DNA of 38,163 bases, from contig JBDQGZ010000002.1 of assembly GCA_040265115.1 (NCBI GenBank), positions 1 through 38,163 on the forward strand. Reading direction: 5' to 3'. A program made the position numbers and the translations under genes. Positions 9,301-18,030 of the stretch are shown here, one piece after another; the stretch's first letter is position 1, and every line of letters starts with the position of its first letter. Source of the DNA: Candidatus Nanopelagicales bacterium. GTDB lineage: Bacteria; Actinomycetota; Actinomycetes; S36-B12. The notes under the pieces are model-generated. The model saw only the letters and a list, made by a program, of their open reading frames with translations, did no database searches and was not told the DNA's origin.

Positions 9301-9759
9301 ATGGGGACGCGACCCGCCCGAACCGGCGCCTCTGCGGCATCGGTTCGCCCTCCCCGCCCGCTCGCTATCCGGCTCACTGTCACATTCCTCATCATCGCCG
9401 CGACCGCCAACCTCGCCGGTGCGATCGTTAGTGCACTCCTGCTGTGGCAGCCCGCAGAGAACCAGTTGCTGTTCGGCTCAGGTGTCAGCGACTGGTTCTG
9501 GGCGCTCTCGGCGGTGCTGTTCCTCGCCCTCGCGCTCGTCTACGCCTACGTCACGCGAGCCGTGCTCAAGCGCGACGCGGGCGCCGGACTCGCGGTGAGC
9601 ATCCTCGGCCTCCTCGGCGTCGGCTACAGCCTGCTGTCCATCACCCACGCCTACGGCTGGGGGGTGCTCATCATCTCCCTGGGGATGCTCGCCTCGAACC
9701 AGGCCGCCACTGCTCAGGGGTACTACACCGGTCACGCGCTATCGATGCGCGACGACTAG
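9301..9759 (+). CDS. Hypothetical integral membrane protein (about 4 TM helices)
   Basis: The ORF has four hydrophobic segments and no recognisable motif. It runs convergent with cysM. Confidence 0.5.
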   Translation: MGTRPARTGASAASVRPPRPLAIRLTVTFLIIAATANLAGAIVSALLLWQPAENQLLFGSGVSDWFWALSAVLFLALALVYAYVTRAVLKRDAGAGLAVSILGLLGVGYSLLSITHAYGWGVLIISLGMLASNQAATAQGYYTGHALSMRDD

Positions 9760-9786
9760 CTCACAGCGCACCGTCAAGCCGAGCGA

Positions 9787-11024
<1,238 letters not shown>

Positions 11025-11103
11025 GAAGTCTCCGCGGGGTGAGAGGACGTACAGAAGATCCGTTTCGGCCCTGCCACTGTACGGGAGCGAGGGCACGGGT
11101 GAA

Positions 11104-11520
11104 TCAGAGGACCTCGACGGGTTCCTCGGTCACCAGACCATCCACGATGCGGAAGGACCTGACCTCGACCGGCCCCTCGTCGATTCCACACTCCCGCGTC
11201 GAGACCAGCAGATAGTGGGCCTCCGGCTCGGATGCGTAGGAGATGTCGGTGCGTGAGGGGTAGGCCTCGGTGGCGGTGTGGGAGTGGTAGATCACCACCG
11301 GCACCTCATTCCGATCGTCCATGTCCCGGTAGAGCGCGAGCAGATCCCGGGAGTCGAACTCATAGAAGGTCGGGGACCTCGCGGCGTTCACCATGGGGAT
11401 GAACCGGGTCGGGGTGTCCGAGCCTTCGGGGCCGGCGATCACCCCGCAGGCCTCGTCGGGGTGGTCGGCCCGGGCATGGGCGATCACCGCGTCAAGCAGG
11501 GTGGAGTCAAGCCTCAGCAT
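11104..11520 (-). CDS. mec: JAMM/MPN+ zinc metalloprotease Mec (CysO-cysteine peptidase)
   Basis: E..CG acid residue (PDEACGVI) and the JAMM motif HSHTATEAYPSRTD (HxHx7SxxD). 138 aa. Confidence 0.85.
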   Translation of the reverse strand: MLRLDSTLLDAVIAHARADHPDEACGVIAGPEGSDTPTRFIPMVNAARSPTFYEFDSRDLLALYRDMDDRNEVPVVIYHSHTATEAYPSRTDISYASEPEAHYLLVSTRECGIDEGPVEVRSFRIVDGLVTEEPVEVL

Positions 11521-11587
11521 CCCCTTAGCCTAGGGGGCAGTTCCCGATCTTTACGCACCGGTAGGGGTCCATAAATCGATTCGTACC

Positions 11588-11616
11588 TTGTTCAACTTGC
11601 GCGAAGTTTCTAATAG
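11588..11616 (+). promoter_or_regulatory. Candidate sigma-70-type promoter for the rhodopsin gene
   Basis: In the AT-richest stretch of the 181-bp divergent intergenic region there is TTGTTC (11588-11593), then 15 nt, then TCTAAT (11609-11614), or 17 nt to TAATAG (11611-11616). This rests on pattern match only. Confidence 0.25.
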
Positions 11617-11701
11617 GTGAACGCTTCGGGGCATGACCCCATCGCGCGGGGTCTGAACATCGGACTCGGGTCCGCCGGACCCACCGTCATGGAGGTACCG
11701 C

Positions 11702-12535
11702 GTGCCAAACGTAGAAATGCTCACCAATGGACAGTTCCAGGCTGTCTATAACGTGCTTTCGCTTGCTCTCGCGTCGATGGTGGCCACCACCGTCTTCCTG
11801 CTCGTCGTGAGCCAGCGAGTGCTCCCCCGCTACCGCATTGCAGTCATCGTGTCGGCGACGGTGACGCTCATCGCCGCCTACCACTACTGGCGCATCTTCA
11901 ACTCCTTCTCCGACGCCTACGTGGCAGTCGAAGCAGGTGCGCCTGGCGTCGCCGACTCCTTCGCCCTGATCCAGGGTGTCGGCTTCAATGAGGGCTACCG
12001 CTACGTCGACTGGTTGCTCACCGTCCCGCTGCTGCTGTTCGAGACGATTGCCGTTCTCGCGCTGCCGGCTTCAACCCGTTCGTCCCTGCTGTGGAAGCTC
12101 ATCCCGGCTTCGGCCCTGATGATCATCCTCGGCTACCCCGGTGAGGTCACCGCTGAGATCGCTCCCAAGGCCATCTGGGGCGCGCTCTCGACGATTCCGT
12201 TCCTCTACATCCTCTACGTGCTCTTCGTGGAGCTGTCGAAGGCGGCCAAGAGCCAGCCCAACCAGGTCGGCAAGGACCTCGCCGGTCTTCGCTGGCTGCT
12301 GCTGGCCACCTGGGGCGTCTACCCGATCTCTTACATGTTCCCGATGTTCGGGCTCGACGGAGCGGATGCGTTCGTCTATCGCCAGATCGGCTACTCCATC
12401 GCCGACGTTCTCGCCAAGTGTCTCTTCGGCCTGCTGATCTTCAAGATCGCTCGCGTGAAGAGCATGAACGACAGCGCCGAGTTCGCCGAGACGGAGATGA
12501 AGGCTGCACCTTCCTCCGAGAAGGCCTCTGCCTGA
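11702..12535 (+). CDS. Type-1 microbial rhodopsin, xanthorhodopsin/actinorhodopsin/proteorhodopsin-like light-driven proton pump (DTE motif)
   Basis: Seven hydrophobic helices. Helix C is RYVDWLLTVPLLLFE (D103, T107, E114). Helix G is YSIADVLAKCLFG (D235, Schiff-base K239). Helix F is WGVYPISY, and helix B carries H61. The GTG start has GGAGG 6 nt upstream. Confidence 0.9.
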   Translation: MPNVEMLTNGQFQAVYNVLSLALASMVATTVFLLVVSQRVLPRYRIAVIVSATVTLIAAYHYWRIFNSFSDAYVAVEAGAPGVADSFALIQGVGFNEGYRYVDWLLTVPLLLFETIAVLALPASTRSSLLWKLIPASALMIILGYPGEVTAEIAPKAIWGALSTIPFLYILYVLFVELSKAAKSQPNQVGKDLAGLRWLLLATWGVYPISYMFPMFGLDGADAFVYRQIGYSIADVLAKCLFGLLIFKIARVKSMNDSAEFAETEMKAAPSSEKASA

Positions 12536-12556
12536 TCTAGTAGTCACTCCCGCGAG

Positions 12557-12588
12557 GGGGCGTTGGTGCCGAAAGGCATCAGCGCCCC
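12557..12588. terminator. Bidirectional intrinsic terminator hairpin between the rhodopsin gene and the convergent DUF2017 gene
   Basis: GGGGCGTTGGTGCC-GAAA-GGCATCAGCGCCCC forms a 14-bp stem (2 G-U pairs) with a GAAA tetraloop. It is followed by TTCGCTGTTTCT on the + strand. Confidence 0.7.
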
Positions 12589-12598
12589 TTCGCTGTTT

Positions 12599-13159
12599 CT
12601 AGCCCCTGGGCATGAGGCAGCGGACCAGGGACTCCGCTAGATAGGTCAACCAGTCGTAGACATGGAACAGGCCGCCGCGAGGATCATCCTCCGGAAGGTT
12701 CGCCAACGTCTCGTGGTTGTCCTCGGTCACCTCGAGGCGCGTGCCGATCGCGAGTCGCAGGTCATTGAGGGCGGTGAGCCACGCGCGCGCCTGGTCCTCT
12801 GACAGCGTGACCTTCTCCCCCGATGACGCGAGCGTGGATATCGCCGTGTTCGCGGCAGCGACCTTCGCCTCGCGCAGGCCTCGCTCGGTGTATCGGCGGA
12901 ACTCCGCCGACGCCTCCAGATCATCGGCATAGGCATCAGGGAACATCCGGACGAGCGCCGGATCATCCGGGCGTTCGGTATGGACGTCGATTCCGACCAG
13001 CGCCGCAAGCGGATCCGCATCCGGATCGGCCTCTGCCGGAGCCACCAGATCGATCATCTGCTCGAGCAGGGTGTTGAGCAGTCCCTTCTCCACGACGTCG
13101 ACCCGCAGCACGATGCGACCGGTGAGCGTCCGGGTGAAGCCGTGCACCTCGGTGCTCAT
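12599..13159 (-). CDS. DUF2017-domain protein (conserved ClpS neighbour)
   Basis: An acidic 186-aa protein whose ATG shares its A with the clpS TGA stop (TGATG at 13157-13161). This gene pair is conserved in Actinobacteria. Confidence 0.7.
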   Translation of the reverse strand: MSTEVHGFTRTLTGRIVLRVDVVEKGLLNTLLEQMIDLVAPAEADPDADPLAALVGIDVHTERPDDPALVRMFPDAYADDLEASAEFRRYTERGLREAKVAAANTAISTLASSGEKVTLSEDQARAWLTALNDLRLAIGTRLEVTEDNHETLANLPEDDPRGGLFHVYDWLTYLAESLVRCLMPRG

Positions 13160-13446
13160 CACTCGTCCTTCGCCATCGTCGCCCACAGCCCATAGGAGTG
13201 CATCGCGCCGACATCGCGCTCCATCTCCTCGCGTGTCCCGTTCGACACGACGGCGCGGCCTTCCTCGTGCACCTGCATCATCAACTGCTCGGACTTCTCA
13301 CGGGGATACTTGAAGTAGGTCATGAAGACATAGGTGACATAGCTCATGAGGTTCACCGGGTCATTCCAGACGATGGTGATCCAGGGCCGATCAAGTTCGA
13401 CGACCTCATCGGTGTCGGGGCGCTCGAGTTCGGTCGGCGCAGTCAT
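13159..13446 (-). CDS. clpS: ATP-dependent Clp protease adaptor ClpS
   Basis: PWITIVWNDPVNLMSYVTYVFMTYF...EKSEQLMMQVHEEGRAVV is the typical ClpS core. 95 aa. Confidence 0.9.
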   Translation of the reverse strand: MTAPTELERPDTDEVVELDRPWITIVWNDPVNLMSYVTYVFMTYFKYPREKSEQLMMQVHEEGRAVVSNGTREEMERDVGAMHSYGLWATMAKDE

Positions 13447-13474
13447 GACCGCTAAGCCTACGCGGAGTGCTCGA

Positions 13475-15373
13475 TCACGAGCCCGAGGTGACCTCGAGAG
13501 TGATCTTCGGGGAGACGCCCCGGATATAGCCGTCGTTATTGCCCGCGACGAATCGATAGACGACCGTCTTCGGCTTCAGCACACGGACGTTGCCCTCGAT
13601 ACGGCCATTCCCGTCAGTGGTGATCTTGCGAATTGTGCTCCACCCGTCATCGGTGAACTTCTGCAACCGGACGGTCACGCCAGCCTGTGCCGGGCTCAAG
13701 GCCGCGGCGAGGGTCACAGTCTCGCGCTTCACCGCGGTGTACTCGCGCGAATCGACCTTCACCTTCCAGCGAACCCGGGTGCGCATCGCATCGCTGGCTG
13801 CCGCAGTCTGCTGGTCAGTCGCGGCGACCTCGACCCAGAAGTAGCCGGTGCGCTCGGGGGAAACGCGGAACTTGCCGGTGCCGTCATCGTCGAGCACGAG
13901 GATGTCGACGACCTCGGCCTTCGCCTCGGCGGCGGTGGTGGCCCCCTCGGCTGTCGGCGACCACAGCAGCGTCGCTGTCGCGCCCGCTGACGGACCCTTC
14001 TCCGAGGTGGTGGCGATCTTGATCGCGGCCTTGCGGCCGTATGTCACCGTGGAAGAGGCCGACGTGGTGAGTGTGGTCTCCGCTGGCGCGAGCTCACGCC
14101 CGTACTCGAGGAGTCGAGGGTAGAAGTCCGGCTGGACACTGCCGAAGTTCCACACCGCGATGCCGGCGATCCCGAGGTCGGGAACCATCTGGGCGTCGGT
14201 GAGCGCGCTTCGAGTGTCGCCGAACCACACCTCACGCTCCACGGTGCACTCGCGCTCCACCTGATCACCCTGCTTGGTGAAACGTCCGTTGATCTGCGTG
14301 GTGTAGGTGAAGGACCACTCGCCCTGCGTGGAGTTCCACTTCGGCTGCTGGTCATTGGCCTTCGCGACGGCTTCGGCTGCCGCCGGAGATGCCATCGACT
14401 GCATCGTGGTGGAAATCCACATCCCACGGGTGTTGTAGTAACCGGGCGTCCAGCCACTGGGGCACTTGTCGTCGATCCCGTACACCGGGTTGCTGTAGGT
14501 GCCCTGGTTCACGACCCACTGCCGGCCGTACTGGGGGTTGCCGACCCAGAGCTTCGCCGCATTCTCCTGGCCCACCGCGGCGATCGCGGCTTGCAGCTGA
14601 CTGCGGGCCCAACCGGTGGGCCCGATGGGACCGGGCACGTTCCAGCTGTAGTCATAGGTCATGAATCTCACCTGATCGGCGAACCCGATCACCTCGGCGA
14701 GGGCATAGACGCCGCCCTCGCCGCCCCAATACGCCTGACCACCGGGAATCGTGAGGGACAGTTCGAGGCCCTGGTCGTGCAGTTCCCGCGACAGCCGCTT
14801 CATCATGGCGATCCAGCGCGGGCGAGTCTCCGCCCAACTGATGCCGAGATCGCGATCGCGGAAGGCGAAGTTCTCCCAATCCAGATCGACGCCGTCAACC
14901 CCGGCGTTCTTCGCGTAGCGGGCGATGGTGCGCGCGTAGTCGCGGCGGTTCGCAGGGTCCTCGAGATAGGGGGACAACTGGCCGGCATAGGTCGAACCGA
15001 GATCCGTGATCGACCCGAAGACCTTGATCCCGGCGTCTTGGAGCATGCGCCGCTGACCGTCGAACTTCGAGTTCGTCCAGGGGGTCGATCCACTCGGGTC
15101 GCAGACGCCGTTGGTCGCGCTGATCACGCAGATGGGATTGTCCGGCCCCGCGAAGGTCCACCAGAAGATGTTGACCTCACCGACGACGCCATCGGATTCC
15201 TCGATGAGGGTCTGCACCTGGGAGTCCTTCGCCCACCATCCGAACCAACCGCTGACGATCGGCTCAGGCTCGACCGCTGCTGAGGCTGCGGATGGGGCGG
15301 CCACTGCTGCGAGACCCGCGACAAGCGCGGAGGCAGCGAAGGTCGCCATCGAGGCGGTGAGTGAGCGTCGCAC
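13475..15373 (-). CDS. Secreted glycoside hydrolase family 18 protein with C-terminal Ig-like beta-sandwich modules
   Basis: GH18 catalytic motif GVDGVDLDWENF (DxxDxDxE). Signal peptide VRRSLTASMATFAASALVAGLAAVAAPSAASA, with GGGAGGG 9 nt upstream of GTG 15373 (the ORF extends to 15478). The C-terminal ~200 aa are beta-rich repeats. Confidence 0.8.
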   Translation of the reverse strand: MRRSLTASMATFAASALVAGLAAVAAPSAASAAVEPEPIVSGWFGWWAKDSQVQTLIEESDGVVGEVNIFWWTFAGPDNPICVISATNGVCDPSGSTPWTNSKFDGQRRMLQDAGIKVFGSITDLGSTYAGQLSPYLEDPANRRDYARTIARYAKNAGVDGVDLDWENFAFRDRDLGISWAETRPRWIAMMKRLSRELHDQGLELSLTIPGGQAYWGGEGGVYALAEVIGFADQVRFMTYDYSWNVPGPIGPTGWARSQLQAAIAAVGQENAAKLWVGNPQYGRQWVVNQGTYSNPVYGIDDKCPSGWTPGYYNTRGMWISTTMQSMASPAAAEAVAKANDQQPKWNSTQGEWSFTYTTQINGRFTKQGDQVERECTVEREVWFGDTRSALTDAQMVPDLGIAGIAVWNFGSVQPDFYPRLLEYGRELAPAETTLTTSASSTVTYGRKAAIKIATTSEKGPSAGATATLLWSPTAEGATTAAEAKAEVVDILVLDDDGTGKFRVSPERTGYFWVEVAATDQQTAAASDAMRTRVRWKVKVDSREYTAVKRETVTLAAALSPAQAGVTVRLQKFTDDGWSTIRKITTDGNGRIEGNVRVLKPKTVVYRFVAGNNDGYIRGVSPKITLEVTSGS

Positions 15374-15532
15374 GCGGGTGAACCCTCCCAGGTCGTTCAC
15401 GAATGAAGAGCAGCGTCCTGCTCTCCACGGTACGACGCGTCGGGGGCGGTTCTGGTTCACCGCGCGGTGATCTGCCACACATTCTCAGGGAGATCTGAAA
15501 ACCCGCCCGAGTGGACGTCCACCAATCCGGGT

Positions 15533-16180
15533 TCAGGAGAGGGATCGGGTGATGTCCGCAGCAGCGCGGGCCACCAGGGGGCCGATCCGGGCCTCATCCG
15601 GCTCGCTCAACATCACAACTCCGACCACGGACTCAACCCCGGGGATTCCGGTCACCACCGCAGCGACCCCGTAGCCCCCGGTCGCGGCGTCCCCGGTGGA
15701 GATCACCCACGGTGGATCCAACGGGCGCCCTCCCGTGGTGCGAGCCGCGAGAATCGCCCGCCCGGCCGCCCCACGTTCCAAGGGCGAGCGGGAGCCGACC
15801 CGGAACGCCACGTGCACCTCCGCTGACGCAGGTTCTGCTCCGGCCACCGAACGCAGCTCCCCCGCAGCGACCACGCCCAGATCCGCGGTCGCGCCCGTGT
15901 CCTCGGCCAGAGTCCGAAGAACAGGGGTCGCGATATCGCGGAGAAGTGGCTGGGCCTGATGAGCGAGGGCGAGAATCCCCAGCCCCAATCGGGCCCGACC
16001 ATCCCCGGCTCGCCGCACGAGGGAATGGGACTCCAGGGTCACCACGAGCCGGTAAACCACGGTCCGGCCGATCCCGAGGGCATGGGCGATCTCGGTGATC
16101 GTCATGCCCTCGGGCGTCCGTGCCAACAACTCCAGGACCGTCAGCCCCCGGTCGAGGGTCTGCGAGGTCTCCGCGGGCAT
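15533..16180 (-). CDS. IclR-family transcriptional regulator
   Basis: N-terminal winged HTH (LDRGLTVLELLARTPEGMTITEIAHALGIGRTVVYRLVVTL) and a C-terminal IclR-type effector domain. 215 aa. Confidence 0.8.
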   Translation of the reverse strand: MPAETSQTLDRGLTVLELLARTPEGMTITEIAHALGIGRTVVYRLVVTLESHSLVRRAGDGRARLGLGILALAHQAQPLLRDIATPVLRTLAEDTGATADLGVVAAGELRSVAGAEPASAEVHVAFRVGSRSPLERGAAGRAILAARTTGGRPLDPPWVISTGDAATGGYGVAAVVTGIPGVESVVGVVMLSEPDEARIGPLVARAAADITRSLS

Positions 16181-16208
16181 CGAACCGGCCGGTGACGGAC
16201 GGAAGCGA

Positions 16209-16802
16209 CTAGGCCTTGGCGGCCCGATCGCCCATCATCTTGACCTGGAAGGCTGAGATGACCTCGAAGATGCCAAGCACGATGAGCCAGATGCCGGCAA
16301 CCCAGACGAAGATCTCCACCGCATAGGGCGTCACGAGGAGGACGATGCCGGCGATGAGGTAGACGATGCCGTTGAAGATCGCCCAACCGCGCCCCGCCTG
16401 AACCTCGGCTGCGCCGAACAGAGAAGCGATACCGGAGAACAGGAACCACACGCCGACGAAGATCCCGAGGATCTCGATCTTCTCGTCCGGGCCGAAGCGC
16501 AACATAAGCAGACCGAGGAGCAGGCCGATGGCACCACCGATGATGAGCAGGGCTCGATAGCCGCCGGGCAGCCCGGAGGCGAATGCTCGGACGAGGGAGA
16601 AGATGCCCGACACGATCAGGTAGATCGCCAGGAGTACGGCGAGAACCCAGGTGGAACCGGCTGGGCGGAAGACGAGCAGAACGCCGACGATGGCGCTGAT
16701 GATGCCGACGAACAGCAGGACCCACCAGGTCTTGCCGATGCCGGCGACGATCTCGCGTTCGTCCGCGGTGGTCATCCCCGTGAGTGGATCGATGCTGGCC
16801 AT
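16209..16802 (-). CDS. HdeD/DUF308-family membrane protein
   Basis: Repeated DUF308-like helices (GIISAIVGVLLVFRP, GGAIGLLLGLLMLRFGP, NGIVYLIAGIVLLVTP). GGGAGGA lies 5 nt upstream of ATG 16802. The ORF extends to 16832. Confidence 0.7.
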   Translation of the reverse strand: MASIDPLTGMTTADEREIVAGIGKTWWVLLFVGIISAIVGVLLVFRPAGSTWVLAVLLAIYLIVSGIFSLVRAFASGLPGGYRALLIIGGAIGLLLGLLMLRFGPDEKIEILGIFVGVWFLFSGIASLFGAAEVQAGRGWAIFNGIVYLIAGIVLLVTPYAVEIFVWVAGIWLIVLGIFEVISAFQVKMMGDRAAKA

Positions 16803-16923
16803 GAGTCCTCCCAATGCCTCGCTGGCCCGCACGGTACGGGCCCCGCTGCCGACGAGACTAGAGGTTCAGTTCGATTATCGGTTGGAGCGACGCGCGCCAC
16901 TGATCGGCTAGTAACCGTCGCAA

Positions 16924-16941
16924 CGGCCGATGGCTCGGCCG
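16924..16941 (-). terminator. Candidate terminator hairpin after the DUF3039 gene
   Basis: CGGCCGA-TGGC-TCGGCCG forms a 7-bp GC stem beginning 3 nt past the stop codon. The T-tract is weak. Confidence 0.35.
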
Positions 16942-16943
16942 AC

Positions 16944-17219
16944 TCAGCTTTCGCCGTCGGACTCCCCAGGCGGGAGACCCTCATAGATCCGCTGGCAGTC
17001 CGGGCAGATCGGGAACTTCGATGGGTCGCGTCCGGGGACCCACTTCTTACCGCACAGCGCCCGCACGGGGGTGCCCGTCACTGCGCTCTCGACGATCTTG
17101 TCCTTTTGGACGTAGTGGGCGAAGCGCTCGTGATCCCCGTCGTCGGTGGAGGCAGTCCGCTCCTCGACGAGAGTGTCGCCACTGGGCAGGGTCTGCGGAT
17201 CATCGAGGGGGGTCGTCAT
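16944..17219 (-). CDS. DUF3039-domain protein
   Basis: HERFAHYVQKDKIVESAVTGTPVRALCGKKWVPGRDPSKFPICPDCQRIY matches the conserved actinobacterial DUF3039 pattern, including CxxC. Confidence 0.8.
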   Translation of the reverse strand: MTTPLDDPQTLPSGDTLVEERTASTDDGDHERFAHYVQKDKIVESAVTGTPVRALCGKKWVPGRDPSKFPICPDCQRIYEGLPPGESDGES

Positions 17220-17277
17220 GGCAGTCCAGTCTAGGACGAGCCGGATTTTGGTTCGTTACGGTGAGGGGGTGGGTGCG

Positions 17278-18030
17278 TTGACGGTGTGGGAGACACTGCG
17301 GGAGCGGGTCCGCCGCGAGCCCGCCCAGCCCCTCATCACGTTCGTCAGCACGCATGAGTTCGACAGCCAGCGGATGGAGTTATCGGCGGCGAGTTTTGCC
17401 AACGCCGTGGCCAAGACCGCCGGCCTCCTGCGCGATGACCTCGACGTCCAGCCCGGGGACAGGATCGCCGCACACCTGCCCCTGCACTGGCAGACCGCCG
17501 TCTGGTTCGCCGCAACCGCCGCCCTCGACGCCATCTGGTGTCCCGGTGCCGTCGCCGGAGCGGTCGGCGTGGCCACCTCCGATCGCCTGGACCTGATCGA
17601 GGGATGCCCAGAACGCGTTGCAGTGTCCCTGGCCGCCTTCGGGCTGCCGGAGGGAAACTCGTTGCCGCCCGGGGTGATCGAGGCCGCCATCGAGATGCGT
17701 GTGCACCCCGACGAGTTCACCCCGTACTCCCCGCCCGCACCGCAGGCACCCCTGTTGAGCCTGCCGAGTGGGGACTGGACCGAGGAGCAGTTACTGGCCC
17801 GCGCGGGCGTATGCGCCGCGAACTGGGGACTCCAGGCCGGTGGTCGACTGCTGCTCACCGATGCCGACTGGGATGAGGGCTCATCGGACTGCTGGGCTGC
17901 CCTGCTCGCCGCCCCGCTGATCCGGGATGCCGCCGCGGTACTCGTCGCTGGCTCCGATCCTGATCAGATCGCGGCAACCACGCGGGCCGAGGGTGTCACC
18001 GCGACCGCGTCGGTTCGAGACATCACCTAG
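17278..18030 (+). CDS. TIGR03089-family conserved actinobacterial protein (degenerate adenylate-forming-enzyme-like)
   Basis: VWETLRERVRREPAQPLITFV...GDRIAAHLPLHWQTAVWFAA, in its conserved position next to DUF3039 and near an LCP gene. The start is uncertain (TTG 17278, GTG 17269 or GTG 17284). The longer ORF from 17146 overlaps the DUF3039 gene. Confidence 0.65.
   Translation: MTVWETLRERVRREPAQPLITFVSTHEFDSQRMELSAASFANAVAKTAGLLRDDLDVQPGDRIAAHLPLHWQTAVWFAATAALDAIWCPGAVAGAVGVATSDRLDLIEGCPERVAVSLAAFGLPEGNSLPPGVIEAAIEMRVHPDEFTPYSPPAPQAPLLSLPSGDWTEEQLLARAGVCAANWGLQAGGRLLLTDADWDEGSSDCWAALLAAPLIRDAAAVLVAGSDPDQIAATTRAEGVTATASVRDIT

Noticed and set aside
11633-11656. A 7-codon upstream ORF (ATG ACC CCA TCG CGC GGG GTC TGA) and small alternative GGGG/CCCC hairpins in the rhodopsin leader, considered as a possible attenuator.
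   Set aside because: There is no SD, the ORF is too short, and the stems are only 4-6 bp. Such features are expected by chance in GC-rich sequence. It is mentioned only as something a transcription-start map would settle.
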